64,000 nucleotides of DNA from Candidatus Hydrogenedentota bacterium (lineage in GTDB: Bacteria > Hydrogenedentota > Hydrogenedentia > Hydrogenedentales > JAEUWI01), in the NCBI GenBank assembly GCA_034669905.1, contig JAXMOL010000029.1, forward strand, positions 26,010-90,009, read 5' to 3'. Shown here one piece after another: positions 20,882 to 31,029 of the stretch (its first letter is position 1; the number at the start of each line of letters is the position of its first letter). Below the pieces are notes generated by a model that saw only the letters and a program-made list of their open reading frames with translations, had not been told where the DNA came from and ran no database searches. Both the position numbers and the translations under genes were made by a program.

Positions 20882-22513
20882 ATGATGGTACGCGCGAATT
20901 CAGTAGATAGAGCAAAGGGCGTTGCGCCCACGGGGTTACTCCTTTTATGGCTGACGCTATTGGCTACGAGTGTCACCAGCTTCGGGGCGGACATTTCTGC
21001 CCCGGCGCACGCTGCAGGCGAAGCAAATTCAGATAACGGGGACGCCCCGATCTGTTTGGGTGCCAATGACCTGTCTATTGCAACGGGCACCCCTTCGCTC
21101 GTAACCATGTCGAGCGGCTCGACCCACATCCCCGTGTGGTCCCTCTCCGGCGGCACGGAAGGACAGTCCGTCGCCGGTGTGGTGGGCGGGTTGCCCGCCG
21201 GGTGCGCCGCGGTCAAGGTGGAGATTGTGGTCACCACGGAGGATGGGGCAACGAGCGCCGACTTTGAAGATGTCTACCGGGTCCATCTGTCCCAGTTGGT
21301 GGAGGATGGCGCTTTCACGGACGGCTATCTCTTGGGTACGCCGGTACGGACCGCCCTTCCGCCTGCGCCATTTCATACGCGCACGATTGTCCTTGAGTCT
21401 TACTACCCCGTGGACCCGAAAGCCCCCCTGTGGGTTCGTATTCAACGGGAGCCCGGCGACCCTGCCGACACCTTCACGCGACCCACGGGGCTGGCGATGG
21501 TTAAGGTGACGCCCCTGGAGGCGCCCGCGAAGGCGCACGTTGTTCAGGATGTGCCCGGCTACAATTCGTGGCCCATGATTCAGGCCATTGGTGAAAGGCT
21601 GGTTTGCGTGTATAGCCGCGGCACGAAGCACACCATTAATGAAGATGCCCGGGTGGTGTATTCGCGTACCTTGTCGGACCACGGAAAGACGTGGACGAAG
21701 GAAACCGTCGTCGCCAACACGCCGGAGTATGGCGAGGTCGCCGTGGGGAAAGGGTTGGATTCAACGGGCGCGATGTTTCTCTGGGTGCGGCGTGTCGGGA
21801 AGGTGTGGCACCATGATCTCTATCGCACGACGGATGGGGTGACCTTCTCGCTCATCGCGACGCCGGAACTCGCGGTGACACCGGTGCAGATCACCGACGT
21901 ATTTGCGGTACCCGAAGTGGGACTCATGGCGCTGTGGTTCGCCGGGAGCTACGGTGAGGGCACGAACAATTCGTGGGGCACGTTGACCAGCGACGACGAT
22001 GGTGCAACGTGGACCCAGACCCCCGTCGAGACCGGGCTGAGCAAAGGCGCATGGCCCACGGAGCCGTCCGCCGTCTATCTGGGGGACGGCCGGATTCTCG
22101 CCATCGGGCGAACAGAGCAGGGGGGACCGACCACGGCGCGGTCCCAGTTCCAGTTGGTCTCCACCGACTACGGTGCGACCTGGACGCGCCATCAAACAAA
22201 TATCGGCGAAGTTACTATCTCTACACCCAGTCTGATCCTTGATACCGAAACCGATCTGCTTAGCAACTACTATTACGAACGTGGACGGGGAATCCTCCGG
22301 CGTCGCGTCGTCGATCCCGATTATATATTTGATAATCCCCTCCACTGGCCCGACTCCGAGGCAGTGGCTGTCGGCAGCCGGGTCGGGGTTGATTCGGGCA
22401 ACGTGAACGCCACCGCAATCGGGAGTACGCACTATCTCTCGTTCTACTCGGGCAAGGCTCCCGACACGGCGGTCCTGGTATCTGCCGTACCGGCGCCCAC
22501 CACCGGGCCATAA
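20882..22513 (+). CDS. sialidase-family (BNR/Asp-box) protein
   Basis: AAGGAG RBS before ATG 20882; Asp boxes SDHGKTW, TTDGVTF, SDDDGATW, STDYGATW. Confidence 0.8.
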   Translation: MMVRANSVDRAKGVAPTGLLLLWLTLLATSVTSFGADISAPAHAAGEANSDNGDAPICLGANDLSIATGTPSLVTMSSGSTHIPVWSLSGGTEGQSVAGVVGGLPAGCAAVKVEIVVTTEDGATSADFEDVYRVHLSQLVEDGAFTDGYLLGTPVRTALPPAPFHTRTIVLESYYPVDPKAPLWVRIQREPGDPADTFTRPTGLAMVKVTPLEAPAKAHVVQDVPGYNSWPMIQAIGERLVCVYSRGTKHTINEDARVVYSRTLSDHGKTWTKETVVANTPEYGEVAVGKGLDSTGAMFLWVRRVGKVWHHDLYRTTDGVTFSLIATPELAVTPVQITDVFAVPEVGLMALWFAGSYGEGTNNSWGTLTSDDDGATWTQTPVETGLSKGAWPTEPSAVYLGDGRILAIGRTEQGGPTTARSQFQLVSTDYGATWTRHQTNIGEVTISTPSLILDTETDLLSNYYYERGRGILRRRVVDPDYIFDNPLHWPDSEAVAVGSRVGVDSGNVNATAIGSTHYLSFYSGKAPDTAVLVSAVPAPTTGP

Positions 22514-22643
22514 CAGCCCACCGTGCCCGCGGCATGATGTTCATGCGTGCGGTATTCTGCTTGGGACTTTACTGCGTTGGTAGCGGATAACTCCGCCCCC
22601 GTCTTTGTCATAACCAACACGTGGGATAGAAACGGGCTCGTGG

Positions 22644-24149
22644 TTAGTTCGTGCTGGCGGACTCCGCTATCGATTTTATGCGTTGCTTCAACATCCCATC
22701 TAACTCACGAATCGCGGCTTGAATTTCCAGTCGGGAATCGTTGATGAGGTTTTGTGATTCGTCCGGGTCGTTTTTCAGGTCGAAGAATTCATCACGCCCC
22801 TCATTGTGGATGTCACGAATCAGCTTGTACTTCGGGGTGCGGATACAGCGCATGTCGGCGGTGACGTAATTGATCATATGGTATTCCGCATAGAACGTCT
22901 CGGGCCAGTCTTCGGGATTTTCTCCCCCCAGTAACGGCACCAGGCTCCGTCCGCGCAGGGGCAGCTTCGGGGGTAATTCGGCACCGGCTATCTCGACGAT
23001 GGTGGGGAAGAAGTCCAGCGCACTGGTGGTTTCGTCAATGACCGTGCCTGGCTTGACGCGGCCCGGCCATCGGATGACGGTGGGGACTTTCAGTGAATTG
23101 TCGTACATGTTGGGCCGGTACTTGTCGGAAATAACACGGGTGCCCTGGTGTGTGGGACCGGGCGGCTTGGTCACCGTGGCCCATATGCCATTGCCTTTGT
23201 GCCATATGCCATTGTGCCCCATGTTATAGCCATGATCGGAGGAGTAGATGACGATGGTGTCTTCGGTTAATCCGAGTTGGTCGAGGCGGTCGAGCAGGCG
23301 GCCCAGATTTCGGTCGACGCCCGTGGCGCTTGCCAGGTATTCGCGCATCCTGCTTTTCGTTTTCTTCACGTCGAGGCCCGGGTACGCGGGGATGGCGGGA
23401 TCCATGTCTTCGTAGGGGGCCCAATCCTCCGGGGCGACGGGCAGCCACGCCCCGTGGGGTGCGCGGGTATTGAGGCAGAGCAAAAAGGGCTCTTCTTGGT
23501 GTTTTTCGATGAACGCGAGGGCGCGGTCGGTGAGAATGTCGGTGGTCAGCCCCTCGAAAGTCCGCATCTCACCGTCCTCTTCCAATTCGGGGTCCTTGGT
23601 GGGACAGCCCCCGTGGGCCAGGCCCATGAAATAGTCGAAGCCGTGATTGGTTGGGTGCCGTCGTGGATCGCCCGTTGCCGTCCAGTCGCCGAGATGCCAC
23701 TTTCCCACGAGCCCCGTCGCATAGCCATGATCCTGTAAGACTTCCGCAAAGGTGACACTCTGGTCGGGGTCGAGTGCGACCTGCTGCCCGGGGTCATATA
23801 GTTTGTGGCCGGGATGGGGGATAAAATCGAGGATGCCAAACTCGCTCGCGTAGCGTCCGGTCATAAGGGCCGCGCGTGCGGGACTGCACACGGGCGTCGC
23901 ACAGAAGGAATTGGTGAGAAAGGCCCCTTCCCGGGCGAGGCGATCGAGATTCGGCGTGCTGGCGACCGGTACATCCCGATAGAAGCCCTGTTCGACTGCT
24001 GCGCCCATCGTCCAGGGTGCCTGGTCGTCGGTGTAGATAAAGAGGATGTTGGGTCGTGGGTTGGGTGCCGCGTGGGCCTGGGAAAGCAGGCCTGTTCCCA
24101 GGAGTGCGCACAGAGACATCATCAACAGGGTGAGCTTGCTTCGGGTCAT
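22644..24149 (-). CDS. arylsulfatase family protein
   Basis: Signal peptide from MTRSKL; PNILFIYTDD, CSPARAALMTG, GKWHLG, SDHG. Confidence 0.93.
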   Translation of the reverse strand: MTRSKLTLLMMSLCALLGTGLLSQAHAAPNPRPNILFIYTDDQAPWTMGAAVEQGFYRDVPVASTPNLDRLAREGAFLTNSFCATPVCSPARAALMTGRYASEFGILDFIPHPGHKLYDPGQQVALDPDQSVTFAEVLQDHGYATGLVGKWHLGDWTATGDPRRHPTNHGFDYFMGLAHGGCPTKDPELEEDGEMRTFEGLTTDILTDRALAFIEKHQEEPFLLCLNTRAPHGAWLPVAPEDWAPYEDMDPAIPAYPGLDVKKTKSRMREYLASATGVDRNLGRLLDRLDQLGLTEDTIVIYSSDHGYNMGHNGIWHKGNGIWATVTKPPGPTHQGTRVISDKYRPNMYDNSLKVPTVIRWPGRVKPGTVIDETTSALDFFPTIVEIAGAELPPKLPLRGRSLVPLLGGENPEDWPETFYAEYHMINYVTADMRCIRTPKYKLIRDIHNEGRDEFFDLKNDPDESQNLINDSRLEIQAAIRELDGMLKQRIKSIAESASTN

Positions 24150-24183
24150 TTCTTGTTGTTCTCCATCGTGGGCAACGGGACCT

Positions 24184-25578
24184 TTACCATTTTCGGGGGC
24201 GACTGTTTCGTAAGGTGGCGGCGGCTTCCTCCAAGGCGCGTCGGGCGCTATCGGCGGCGGGGCTGCTGCCCACTTCAACGGGATGCTTTTCGAGGAAATC
24301 CTGCGACAGGTCGTAGAGCGTGCCGTTGCTATACCGTTTCCACCGTTCATTGCGGACCACATCCAGCAGGGCGTCGGGGTGGCTGGCAGGAGCCTTATAC
24401 TTGCTCGAATTGTTTTCGAAGTTTCCCCAGGTGTAGACGAAGGGCTTGCCCCCATCCGGTTCTCCGAATAATAAGGGGGCAATGTTTCGACCGTCCAGGG
24501 GGTAATTTGCTGGCACATCGACGTCGGCCAAAGCGCACAGGGTCGGCAGGATATCGGTAAAGTCCATAAGGCCCTCCTGTGTGTGACCGGCCGGAATGCG
24601 CTTGGGCCATCGTGCGATGAACGGCACATTGGCACCGAGTTCGGTAGGGAAGTACTTGCCGCCGCGAACTGTTTCCCCCATGAACTGGCTGCGGATCGTC
24701 TTGGCGTCGCTGACGTTGTCGGTGCCGTTGTCTGCGGTGACGATCACGAGCGTGTCGTCGGCGAGTTCGAGTTCATCCAGCACCGCAAGCACTTTCGCAA
24801 TCGTGCGATCCGCGTAGCGCAGCATGGGGGCGAAGTTATCCGGGTGGCCCTTGTTGGTCAACCAGGCGTCGGGTGGTGCCTCACCTTGCCTGGGTGCTCC
24901 CTCGGAGTCGGGGGTGGGCTGGAAGGGGCGATGCATGAGGGTCATCGCGTAGTACACGAAAAAGGGTTCGTTGCGGTGGCGGCGTATGAAGTCCGTCAGA
25001 AAGTCGCTATAGACGTCGGGCCCGTAACGATCGAGCTTTTTCTTGGTGCCATTGACTACGATGTTCCCGCCCCAATAGCGGTTTCCCTGACCGCGTTTGG
25101 CCTGTTCGCCCATGGCCCGGCTGTCGTAGGAGCAGAATTCATCGAAGCCCGCCAGACGCGGCGGCAGGGGAGCCTTGTCCCAGTGGCCAAAGGGATGCCA
25201 TTTCCCTGCCATGGCCGTTGCATAGCCTCCGTCTTTGAGAAGTTGGGCAACGGTTTTCTGGGAGGTGTCGAATTCTTCCCAGGCGGTGTAGTTTCGAAAG
25301 CTGTAGCGGCCGGTCAGCAGTTCGACGCGGCTGGGGGCGCACATGGGCGTTGCATAGCAGGTGTTGAATTGCATGCCTTGTTGTGCGAAGCGATCAAGGG
25401 TGGGGGTTTCATAGCTTTCGCCGCCATAGCTTGAGAGGAGTTCCCGTCCGAGGTCATCTGCCAGAATGACCACAACATTGGGCCGACGGGACTCATCCGC
25501 AACAGTCGTCTCGCCGCCCAGAAGGAGGGCGCCGATAGTGACGGCAATCGCAGGGCGCGACAGGCTTCGCATGGTCAT
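24184..25578 (-). CDS. sulfatase family protein
   Basis: [29 protein letters not shown]. Confidence 0.93.
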   Translation of the reverse strand: MTMRSLSRPAIAVTIGALLLGGETTVADESRRPNVVVILADDLGRELLSSYGGESYETPTLDRFAQQGMQFNTCYATPMCAPSRVELLTGRYSFRNYTAWEEFDTSQKTVAQLLKDGGYATAMAGKWHPFGHWDKAPLPPRLAGFDEFCSYDSRAMGEQAKRGQGNRYWGGNIVVNGTKKKLDRYGPDVYSDFLTDFIRRHRNEPFFVYYAMTLMHRPFQPTPDSEGAPRQGEAPPDAWLTNKGHPDNFAPMLRYADRTIAKVLAVLDELELADDTLVIVTADNGTDNVSDAKTIRSQFMGETVRGGKYFPTELGANVPFIARWPKRIPAGHTQEGLMDFTDILPTLCALADVDVPANYPLDGRNIAPLLFGEPDGGKPFVYTWGNFENNSSKYKAPASHPDALLDVVRNERWKRYSNGTLYDLSQDFLEKHPVEVGSSPAADSARRALEEAAATLRNSRPRKW

Positions 25579-28500
25579 CTCCGGGCCGATGTGATTTTGG
25601 TGCCTGCACCGGGTGGGCAGGTTTTCGCTAATTGCAGGGCCAATGTATGGATGGTTTTGGTGTGCTCTGCGCGGTTTGCCAGGTTGACGTTTTCGCCAGC
25701 GTCGCTTTGGTGGTCGTAGAGTTCCCGTGCGATTACTTCGCCATCAGAGAAATTGCGCCATTCGGTGTATCGGTAGCGGTCGGTGCGCATGGAATAGCCC
25801 ATGGCGTCTGGGTCACTCCCACGAGGCGGATAGGCGGGACGGGGATGCCAGTTGAAGGCCGCTTCTTTGACGATGGCCGAGGGGTCCTCCAGGAGGGGGC
25901 GAAGACTTACGCCTTCCAGGTCTGTGGGTACGGAGAAACCGCTGAGGTCGAGGAGGGTCGGGTAGAGATCCACCAGCTCCACCAGGGCCCGGGTGCGTTG
26001 GCCACCGGGATGATCCGGCGTGGCGATGATCATGGGCACATGGGCGTCCAGTTCGAAATTACTGGTCTTTGCCCACAGGCGATGCTCGCCGAGATGGAAT
26101 CCGTGGTCTGACCAGAACACGATGAGGGTATTGTCGGCCAATCCGGATTGGTCGAGTGCGTCGATGACCTTGCCAATTTGCGCGTCGGCGTAGCTGATTG
26201 ACGCGTAGTAGCCGTGTCGAAGTTCCCGGGTCTGTTCCGGGCTGGGGTGTTTCATATCCAACGCGCGCAGCAGTTCACGGGAGTTGTGCAGGGCGATTTC
26301 GGGCACGTCCCGGGGCGGTTCCGGATTGTCGGGCATGGGGATTTCCGCGCGGTCGTACAGGTCCCAATATTTCTTGGGCGGGTTGAAGTCGAGATGGGGT
26401 TTCCAAAGGCCAACGCCCAGAAACCAGGGCCCATCCGATTGTTTCAACTCGGTGAGCGCCTCCACCGCCAGTTGGGCAATGCGCCCATCAAAATAGGCCT
26501 CATCGGGCACGTCCCGTTGTTCACATCGGGGCGTCATCGCCAGGTCCGGGGGGAGCTCGCCTTCCACTTCGGGGGTGTCGGCGCCGTGGGTGTTGTAGTG
26601 GAGCACCGACGGTACGGACCAGGAGGGTGCGTCGCCCTGATGGTCGGCCTGGTGCCAGTTGTGAAACATTTTTCCGATATTCTTGGTGAAGTAGCCCTGT
26701 TGCTTGAAGTACTGCGGCAGGGTGACCACATCGGGCATGGTGTCGCGGAAGTGGGTTCTCAGGTCAAAGACGCCCAGCGTCCAGGGACGTCGCCCGGTCA
26801 TGAGCGAAGCGCGCGAGGGGTTGCATACCGCCTGCTGACAGTAGGCGCGTTCGAAGAGGGTGCCCCGTTCCGCCAGTCGGTCCAGGTGGGGTGTTTTGGC
26901 GAGGGTGTCGCCATAGCATCCCAGCTCTACCCGCATATCATCGACTGCGATGAATAACACGTTGGGCCGGGCAGTTTTGGATTGAGTGGCCGCGGGGTCA
27001 CCTGATAGGGCCGAGAGGGGTTCGACGGACTCGGCGCTGGCTGGGGAGGTCGGTCCTTCGGGCCGAAAGGGGTTGGCCATATAGTAGAGAAAGCCATCCT
27101 CGGCACCGACGATAATGTCTCGCCAGCCATCCCCGTCAAAATCCACGGTGGTGGGACTGGTGGTGTGTCCGGCAAGGATGCGGTCACCGAGGGTGCGTTT
27201 GCTGTCAAAGCGCCACGGGGGGCCTTCTCCTGCGGTGATGTTACGAAGGAGGTCAACATTTGGTTTGCTGTTGACGAGGAGGTCTCGCTTGCCGTCGTTG
27301 TCGATATCCACGATAGCAAGCTTACGGCGGCCGCTCTTGCCTGCGGAATCCATATTCAAGCGCAGTGACCCATCCCCTTCTACCTCCGTGCCCCTGCGGT
27401 CGTACGCACCACCATCAAACACCCGTTGGCCTGGTTTGAGCACCAGTTTGCCGTCCTGGCGCGCCCGTGGGAACCACGTGAGGTAGCCCTCGTGATCGAG
27501 GGTGACCAGGTCATTCAGGCCGTCCTCATCCCAGTCGACCACGACGGGGGTAGTCCGCCATTGCGTGACCAGTTCCTTGTCGTTCGGATTCCACCAGTTC
27601 CAGGCAGGCTTGGGAGGCGTTGCGTCCCATTCAACCACGATGGGCGCGGCGGCGGCCAATTCGGGTTTCTGACGGGTGCCCGTGTTTCGGTACCACAGCA
27701 CCTTGCCCCAGATAGAATTGACCACCAGATCGGGCAGGCCGTCGTGGTCCCAATCTGCGACGCTGAGCGTGGTGTAGCCCCATTTGGCTTCGGCGGGGCC
27801 TTGAATGGAACCATTGGGCCCGGCCAGAATGCGCAGGGTCTCGCCACCTGCTTCCAGGCGTTTCGGCTTGTCCCAACGGGGTGTGGCGTGTCCGGGCGCA
27901 GTGCCCAGGTTTTCGATAAATCCGACATAGCCCGCCGTGTTGCCTGCGATGAGGTCTTCATCCCCGTCGCCGTCCCAGTCGAAGCCCACGGGCGTCACCA
28001 GGGCACCGAACTTCACGTCGTCGGCTTCCTGTTGAAAGTACTGGGGCTGCACGAAGACGGGCATGCCCCCGGCAGTACGCCCCGTATGTTCAATCAGTGC
28101 TACCCGGCCGTCTTCATCGCCGCAGACCAGATCGACATCGCCATCCTTATCCCAATCGATTGCGGTCGGCGTAATCATCTGGAGGTCCATCACCACCGGG
28201 TGCCCCGCCGTGTCCACCAGGCGCTGCCCTGCGGCATAGCGGGGTTGGGTGCGACTTCCCTCGTTTTCAAACCAGGTGAATCCGTCGAGGAACTCGCCAC
28301 AGATCAGGTCGAGATCACCGTCGCCGTCAAAGTCTGCAAACTGGGGGCTGGGCATGCCGAACACGTCAACCGGCTTTCCGTCGGCCAGGACCTGACGGGG
28401 CTCCTCATACTGCGGCGCGGCGTTGGTGCCCCCGTTGTGGAGGAGGAAGACGTGGCCATGCAAGGGGCCGCGGGTCCACGCGCCCGTTTCGTTGAAGGCA

Positions 28501-29027
28501 TTGTCCCAGCCGTAGTCTCCCCAGAAACCGTGACCGACCACGAGGTCCAGCACGTCGTCGCCGTCGTAGTCGACATAGGTCCACTGGTTGGCTCGAACGC
28601 GGCCCTCTTCCATGAACTTGGTCGTGGGATAAAGTTTTTTCCGGGCTTCGAAATCGCCCTGGCCAATCTGGGTCAGTTCAACCCCCGGGACGAGTATCCG
28701 GGGTTTTCCGCCTGGATAGGAGATGCTGATATTTCTGTGGCCTGCCGCAATGCGTCGGGCGGGTTTGAATACGGGAAACTTCGCATTGTCCGGCCCCGGA
28801 TTCTCAAAGAGATAAATCCCGTTGTAGGGTACGTCGGAGCAGGATACGACCAGGTCGAGATCGCCATCGCCGTCGTAGTCCATGGGCAAGGGCCAGGCCC
28901 ACAGGCCCACGCCCAAATCGACGACGAGGTCTGGATTGTTGTAGGGCAAGCGCTGTAGCACATCGGGCTGGGCCTCCAGGGCAAACACGGTCAACAGGGC
29001 GAAGATGCCCAAAGATAGGCGTCGCAT
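25575..29027 (-). CDS. FG-GAP/VCBS repeat - sulfatase (iduronate-2-sulfatase-like) fusion
   Basis: Signal peptide from MRRLSLG; N-terminal DxDGDGDxD repeats; C-terminal [34 protein letters not shown]. Confidence 0.9.
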   Translation of the reverse strand: MRRLSLGIFALLTVFALEAQPDVLQRLPYNNPDLVVDLGVGLWAWPLPMDYDGDGDLDLVVSCSDVPYNGIYLFENPGPDNAKFPVFKPARRIAAGHRNISISYPGGKPRILVPGVELTQIGQGDFEARKKLYPTTKFMEEGRVRANQWTYVDYDGDDVLDLVVGHGFWGDYGWDNAFNETGAWTRGPLHGHVFLLHNGGTNAAPQYEEPRQVLADGKPVDVFGMPSPQFADFDGDGDLDLICGEFLDGFTWFENEGSRTQPRYAAGQRLVDTAGHPVVMDLQMITPTAIDWDKDGDVDLVCGDEDGRVALIEHTGRTAGGMPVFVQPQYFQQEADDVKFGALVTPVGFDWDGDGDEDLIAGNTAGYVGFIENLGTAPGHATPRWDKPKRLEAGGETLRILAGPNGSIQGPAEAKWGYTTLSVADWDHDGLPDLVVNSIWGKVLWYRNTGTRQKPELAAAAPIVVEWDATPPKPAWNWWNPNDKELVTQWRTTPVVVDWDEDGLNDLVTLDHEGYLTWFPRARQDGKLVLKPGQRVFDGGAYDRRGTEVEGDGSLRLNMDSAGKSGRRKLAIVDIDNDGKRDLLVNSKPNVDLLRNITAGEGPPWRFDSKRTLGDRILAGHTTSPTTVDFDGDGWRDIIVGAEDGFLYYMANPFRPEGPTSPASAESVEPLSALSGDPAATQSKTARPNVLFIAVDDMRVELGCYGDTLAKTPHLDRLAERGTLFERAYCQQAVCNPSRASLMTGRRPWTLGVFDLRTHFRDTMPDVVTLPQYFKQQGYFTKNIGKMFHNWHQADHQGDAPSWSVPSVLHYNTHGADTPEVEGELPPDLAMTPRCEQRDVPDEAYFDGRIAQLAVEALTELKQSDGPWFLGVGLWKPHLDFNPPKKYWDLYDRAEIPMPDNPEPPRDVPEIALHNSRELLRALDMKHPSPEQTRELRHGYYASISYADAQIGKVIDALDQSGLADNTLIVFWSDHGFHLGEHRLWAKTSNFELDAHVPMIIATPDHPGGQRTRALVELVDLYPTLLDLSGFSVPTDLEGVSLRPLLEDPSAIVKEAAFNWHPRPAYPPRGSDPDAMGYSMRTDRYRYTEWRNFSDGEVIARELYDHQSDAGENVNLANRAEHTKTIHTLALQLAKTCPPGAGTKITSARR

Positions 29028-29491
29028 TATTGGCTTCTCCTGAGTTGCAAGGTCATTGGGCCACCGCTCGGTACGGAGTTTCCGCAACGGAAGCATAAGG
29101 AGACCTGGTTTCGATGTCTCTCCAAGCTGGGGTGTATGACGGCGGTAGCTATGGCGGTGCCGGATTGGCGCGTAATGCCGGGATAGCGCCGCATAATCTG
29201 GTGAACTCACATTTTCCCACGTTGACCCCAGCCTGCTGACCACGACAAAAGCTCTGGAAAGCCTAACAAACCGCAAGGGGGAATGCCATCTTGCCAACGG
29301 CGCTCACGATGGATGTTTTCGGGCTGACTAAGGCCGTGAGTTTTTCGTGCTGCACCCGTGTCGTGTTCGATTGTGAACTTTTCGTAATCTCTTTGGCCCC
29401 TTCCTGTTTATCTTCGGCGGGTATCATCGCAAGAGCGATAGAACAGGGCCCGGGAGATGAACTCCTGCTTCCCCTACTGGAGGACGACGAA

Positions 29492-30934
29492 ATGGAGCGC
29501 ACGAATTGGAAGAGCGGGTCGTGGTGTTTGGCTGCGATCGCGATGCTCTTTTGGAATACCAGTTGCTCTCGGGAAACCGGGACAGATACTACCCCTGCGG
29601 ATGGCACGTCTTCCCCACGTGCCTGGACGGTGGAGAGGGACGGTGATTCGGCGGTATTGACGATGGGTGTCACCACCGACGAAGGCACGGGGGACGCAAC
29701 GGGCTGGACGCGCTATCGGGGCCCCAATGGGTCGGGTAGGGCGGCGGCTTCCCCGGTGTCACCGCCTACGCGGTGGAGCGAAACGGAAAACATGAAGTGG
29801 ATGACCACCCTTCCGGGGCCGGGCTCCTCGAGTCCCATCGTCTCGGGCGACAGCGTGTTCGTCACCTGCTATTCCGGCTATGGTGTTGATAAGCAAGACA
29901 CCGGCGAATACAGCGCGCTCAGACGTCATCTCCTCCGGATCAACCGTGAGGACGGTTCGGTTGTCTGGGATAAGACCGTCGCGGCAGCGTCGCAGGAAGA
30001 CGGGTACCGTGGTTTCCTGACCGAGCACGGATATGCCAGCCATACTCCGGTGACAGATGGAGAGCGGGTTTATGCGTTCTTCGGTAAATCCGGTGTGGTG
30101 GCCTATGACCTGGATGGCAATGCGATCTGGCGAAAGAACGTGGGCAATCTTTCCAGTCGAAAACACTGGGGATCGGCGGCGAGCCCGATTCTGTATAAGA
30201 ATCTGCTGATTGTGAATGCGTCGGACGAAAGCCGGACGCTGTTCGCCTTTGACAAGATGACGGGTGAGGAAATCTGGAAGGTTGAGAGCGACAAGCTCGA
30301 GTATTCTTACGCCACGCCTGCGCTGGCTGTCCTGCCCGACGGGCGCCAGGAACTAATCGTTGCCGTGCCTTATGAGGTGTGGGGCTTTGACCCGGGCACC
30401 GGCGTGTGTCACTGGTGGTCCGTAAACGAATTGGGCAACAACGTGGCGCCAAGTGTGTTGGTGGAGGGTGATGTGGCCTATCTGAATGGCGGCTATCCGC
30501 GGATTGGCAGCATCGCTGTGCGCGCCGGGGGGAGCGAGGACACGACGGACACCCACCTGCTCTGGGAGGGCGAGCTTGGTTCTTATATTCCCACGCCGGT
30601 GGCATTTGAAGGCCACCTGTATGGCGTGACCGAACGAGGGCTTGCCTATGGGGTAGACGCCCAGACCGGCCAGGCCATTTTTGAGGAAGAACTTCCGGTT
30701 CGCGGTGCCAAGGCGTTCTACGCCAGCGTTGTTCTGGTCGACAAAAAGATTCTGGCGGTCAGTCGCCAGGCGGGGACCTTCGTCTTTGAGGCCGCGCCAG
30801 GTTTCAGGCAATTGCAGCTGAATGTCATCGCGGGCGATGAATCCGACTTTAATGCCACACCCGCGGTCGCGGGCGGCGCGATCTATCTTCGTTCAAACAA
30901 AGTACTTTATTGCATAGCCGGGGTGGAGGGATGA
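29492..30934 (+). CDS. PQQ-binding-like (BamB-type) beta-propeller lipoprotein
   Basis: GGAGGA RBS; lipobox-like NTSC; W..YRGPNG.G, LPGPGSSSP, ASHTPVTDG, WGSAASP. Confidence 0.85.
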   Translation: MERTNWKSGSWCLAAIAMLFWNTSCSRETGTDTTPADGTSSPRAWTVERDGDSAVLTMGVTTDEGTGDATGWTRYRGPNGSGRAAASPVSPPTRWSETENMKWMTTLPGPGSSSPIVSGDSVFVTCYSGYGVDKQDTGEYSALRRHLLRINREDGSVVWDKTVAAASQEDGYRGFLTEHGYASHTPVTDGERVYAFFGKSGVVAYDLDGNAIWRKNVGNLSSRKHWGSAASPILYKNLLIVNASDESRTLFAFDKMTGEEIWKVESDKLEYSYATPALAVLPDGRQELIVAVPYEVWGFDPGTGVCHWWSVNELGNNVAPSVLVEGDVAYLNGGYPRIGSIAVRAGGSEDTTDTHLLWEGELGSYIPTPVAFEGHLYGVTERGLAYGVDAQTGQAIFEEELPVRGAKAFYASVVLVDKKILAVSRQAGTFVFEAAPGFRQLQLNVIAGDESDFNATPAVAGGAIYLRSNKVLYCIAGVEG

Positions 30935-31029
30935 GCAAGGTGCCCAATCGGCCAGCCATCCGGTCAACCGACCGGCGCTAACATTCGTTTCCCATGATGT
31001 ACGGGATAACGATGTACGGAGTAGCAGTT

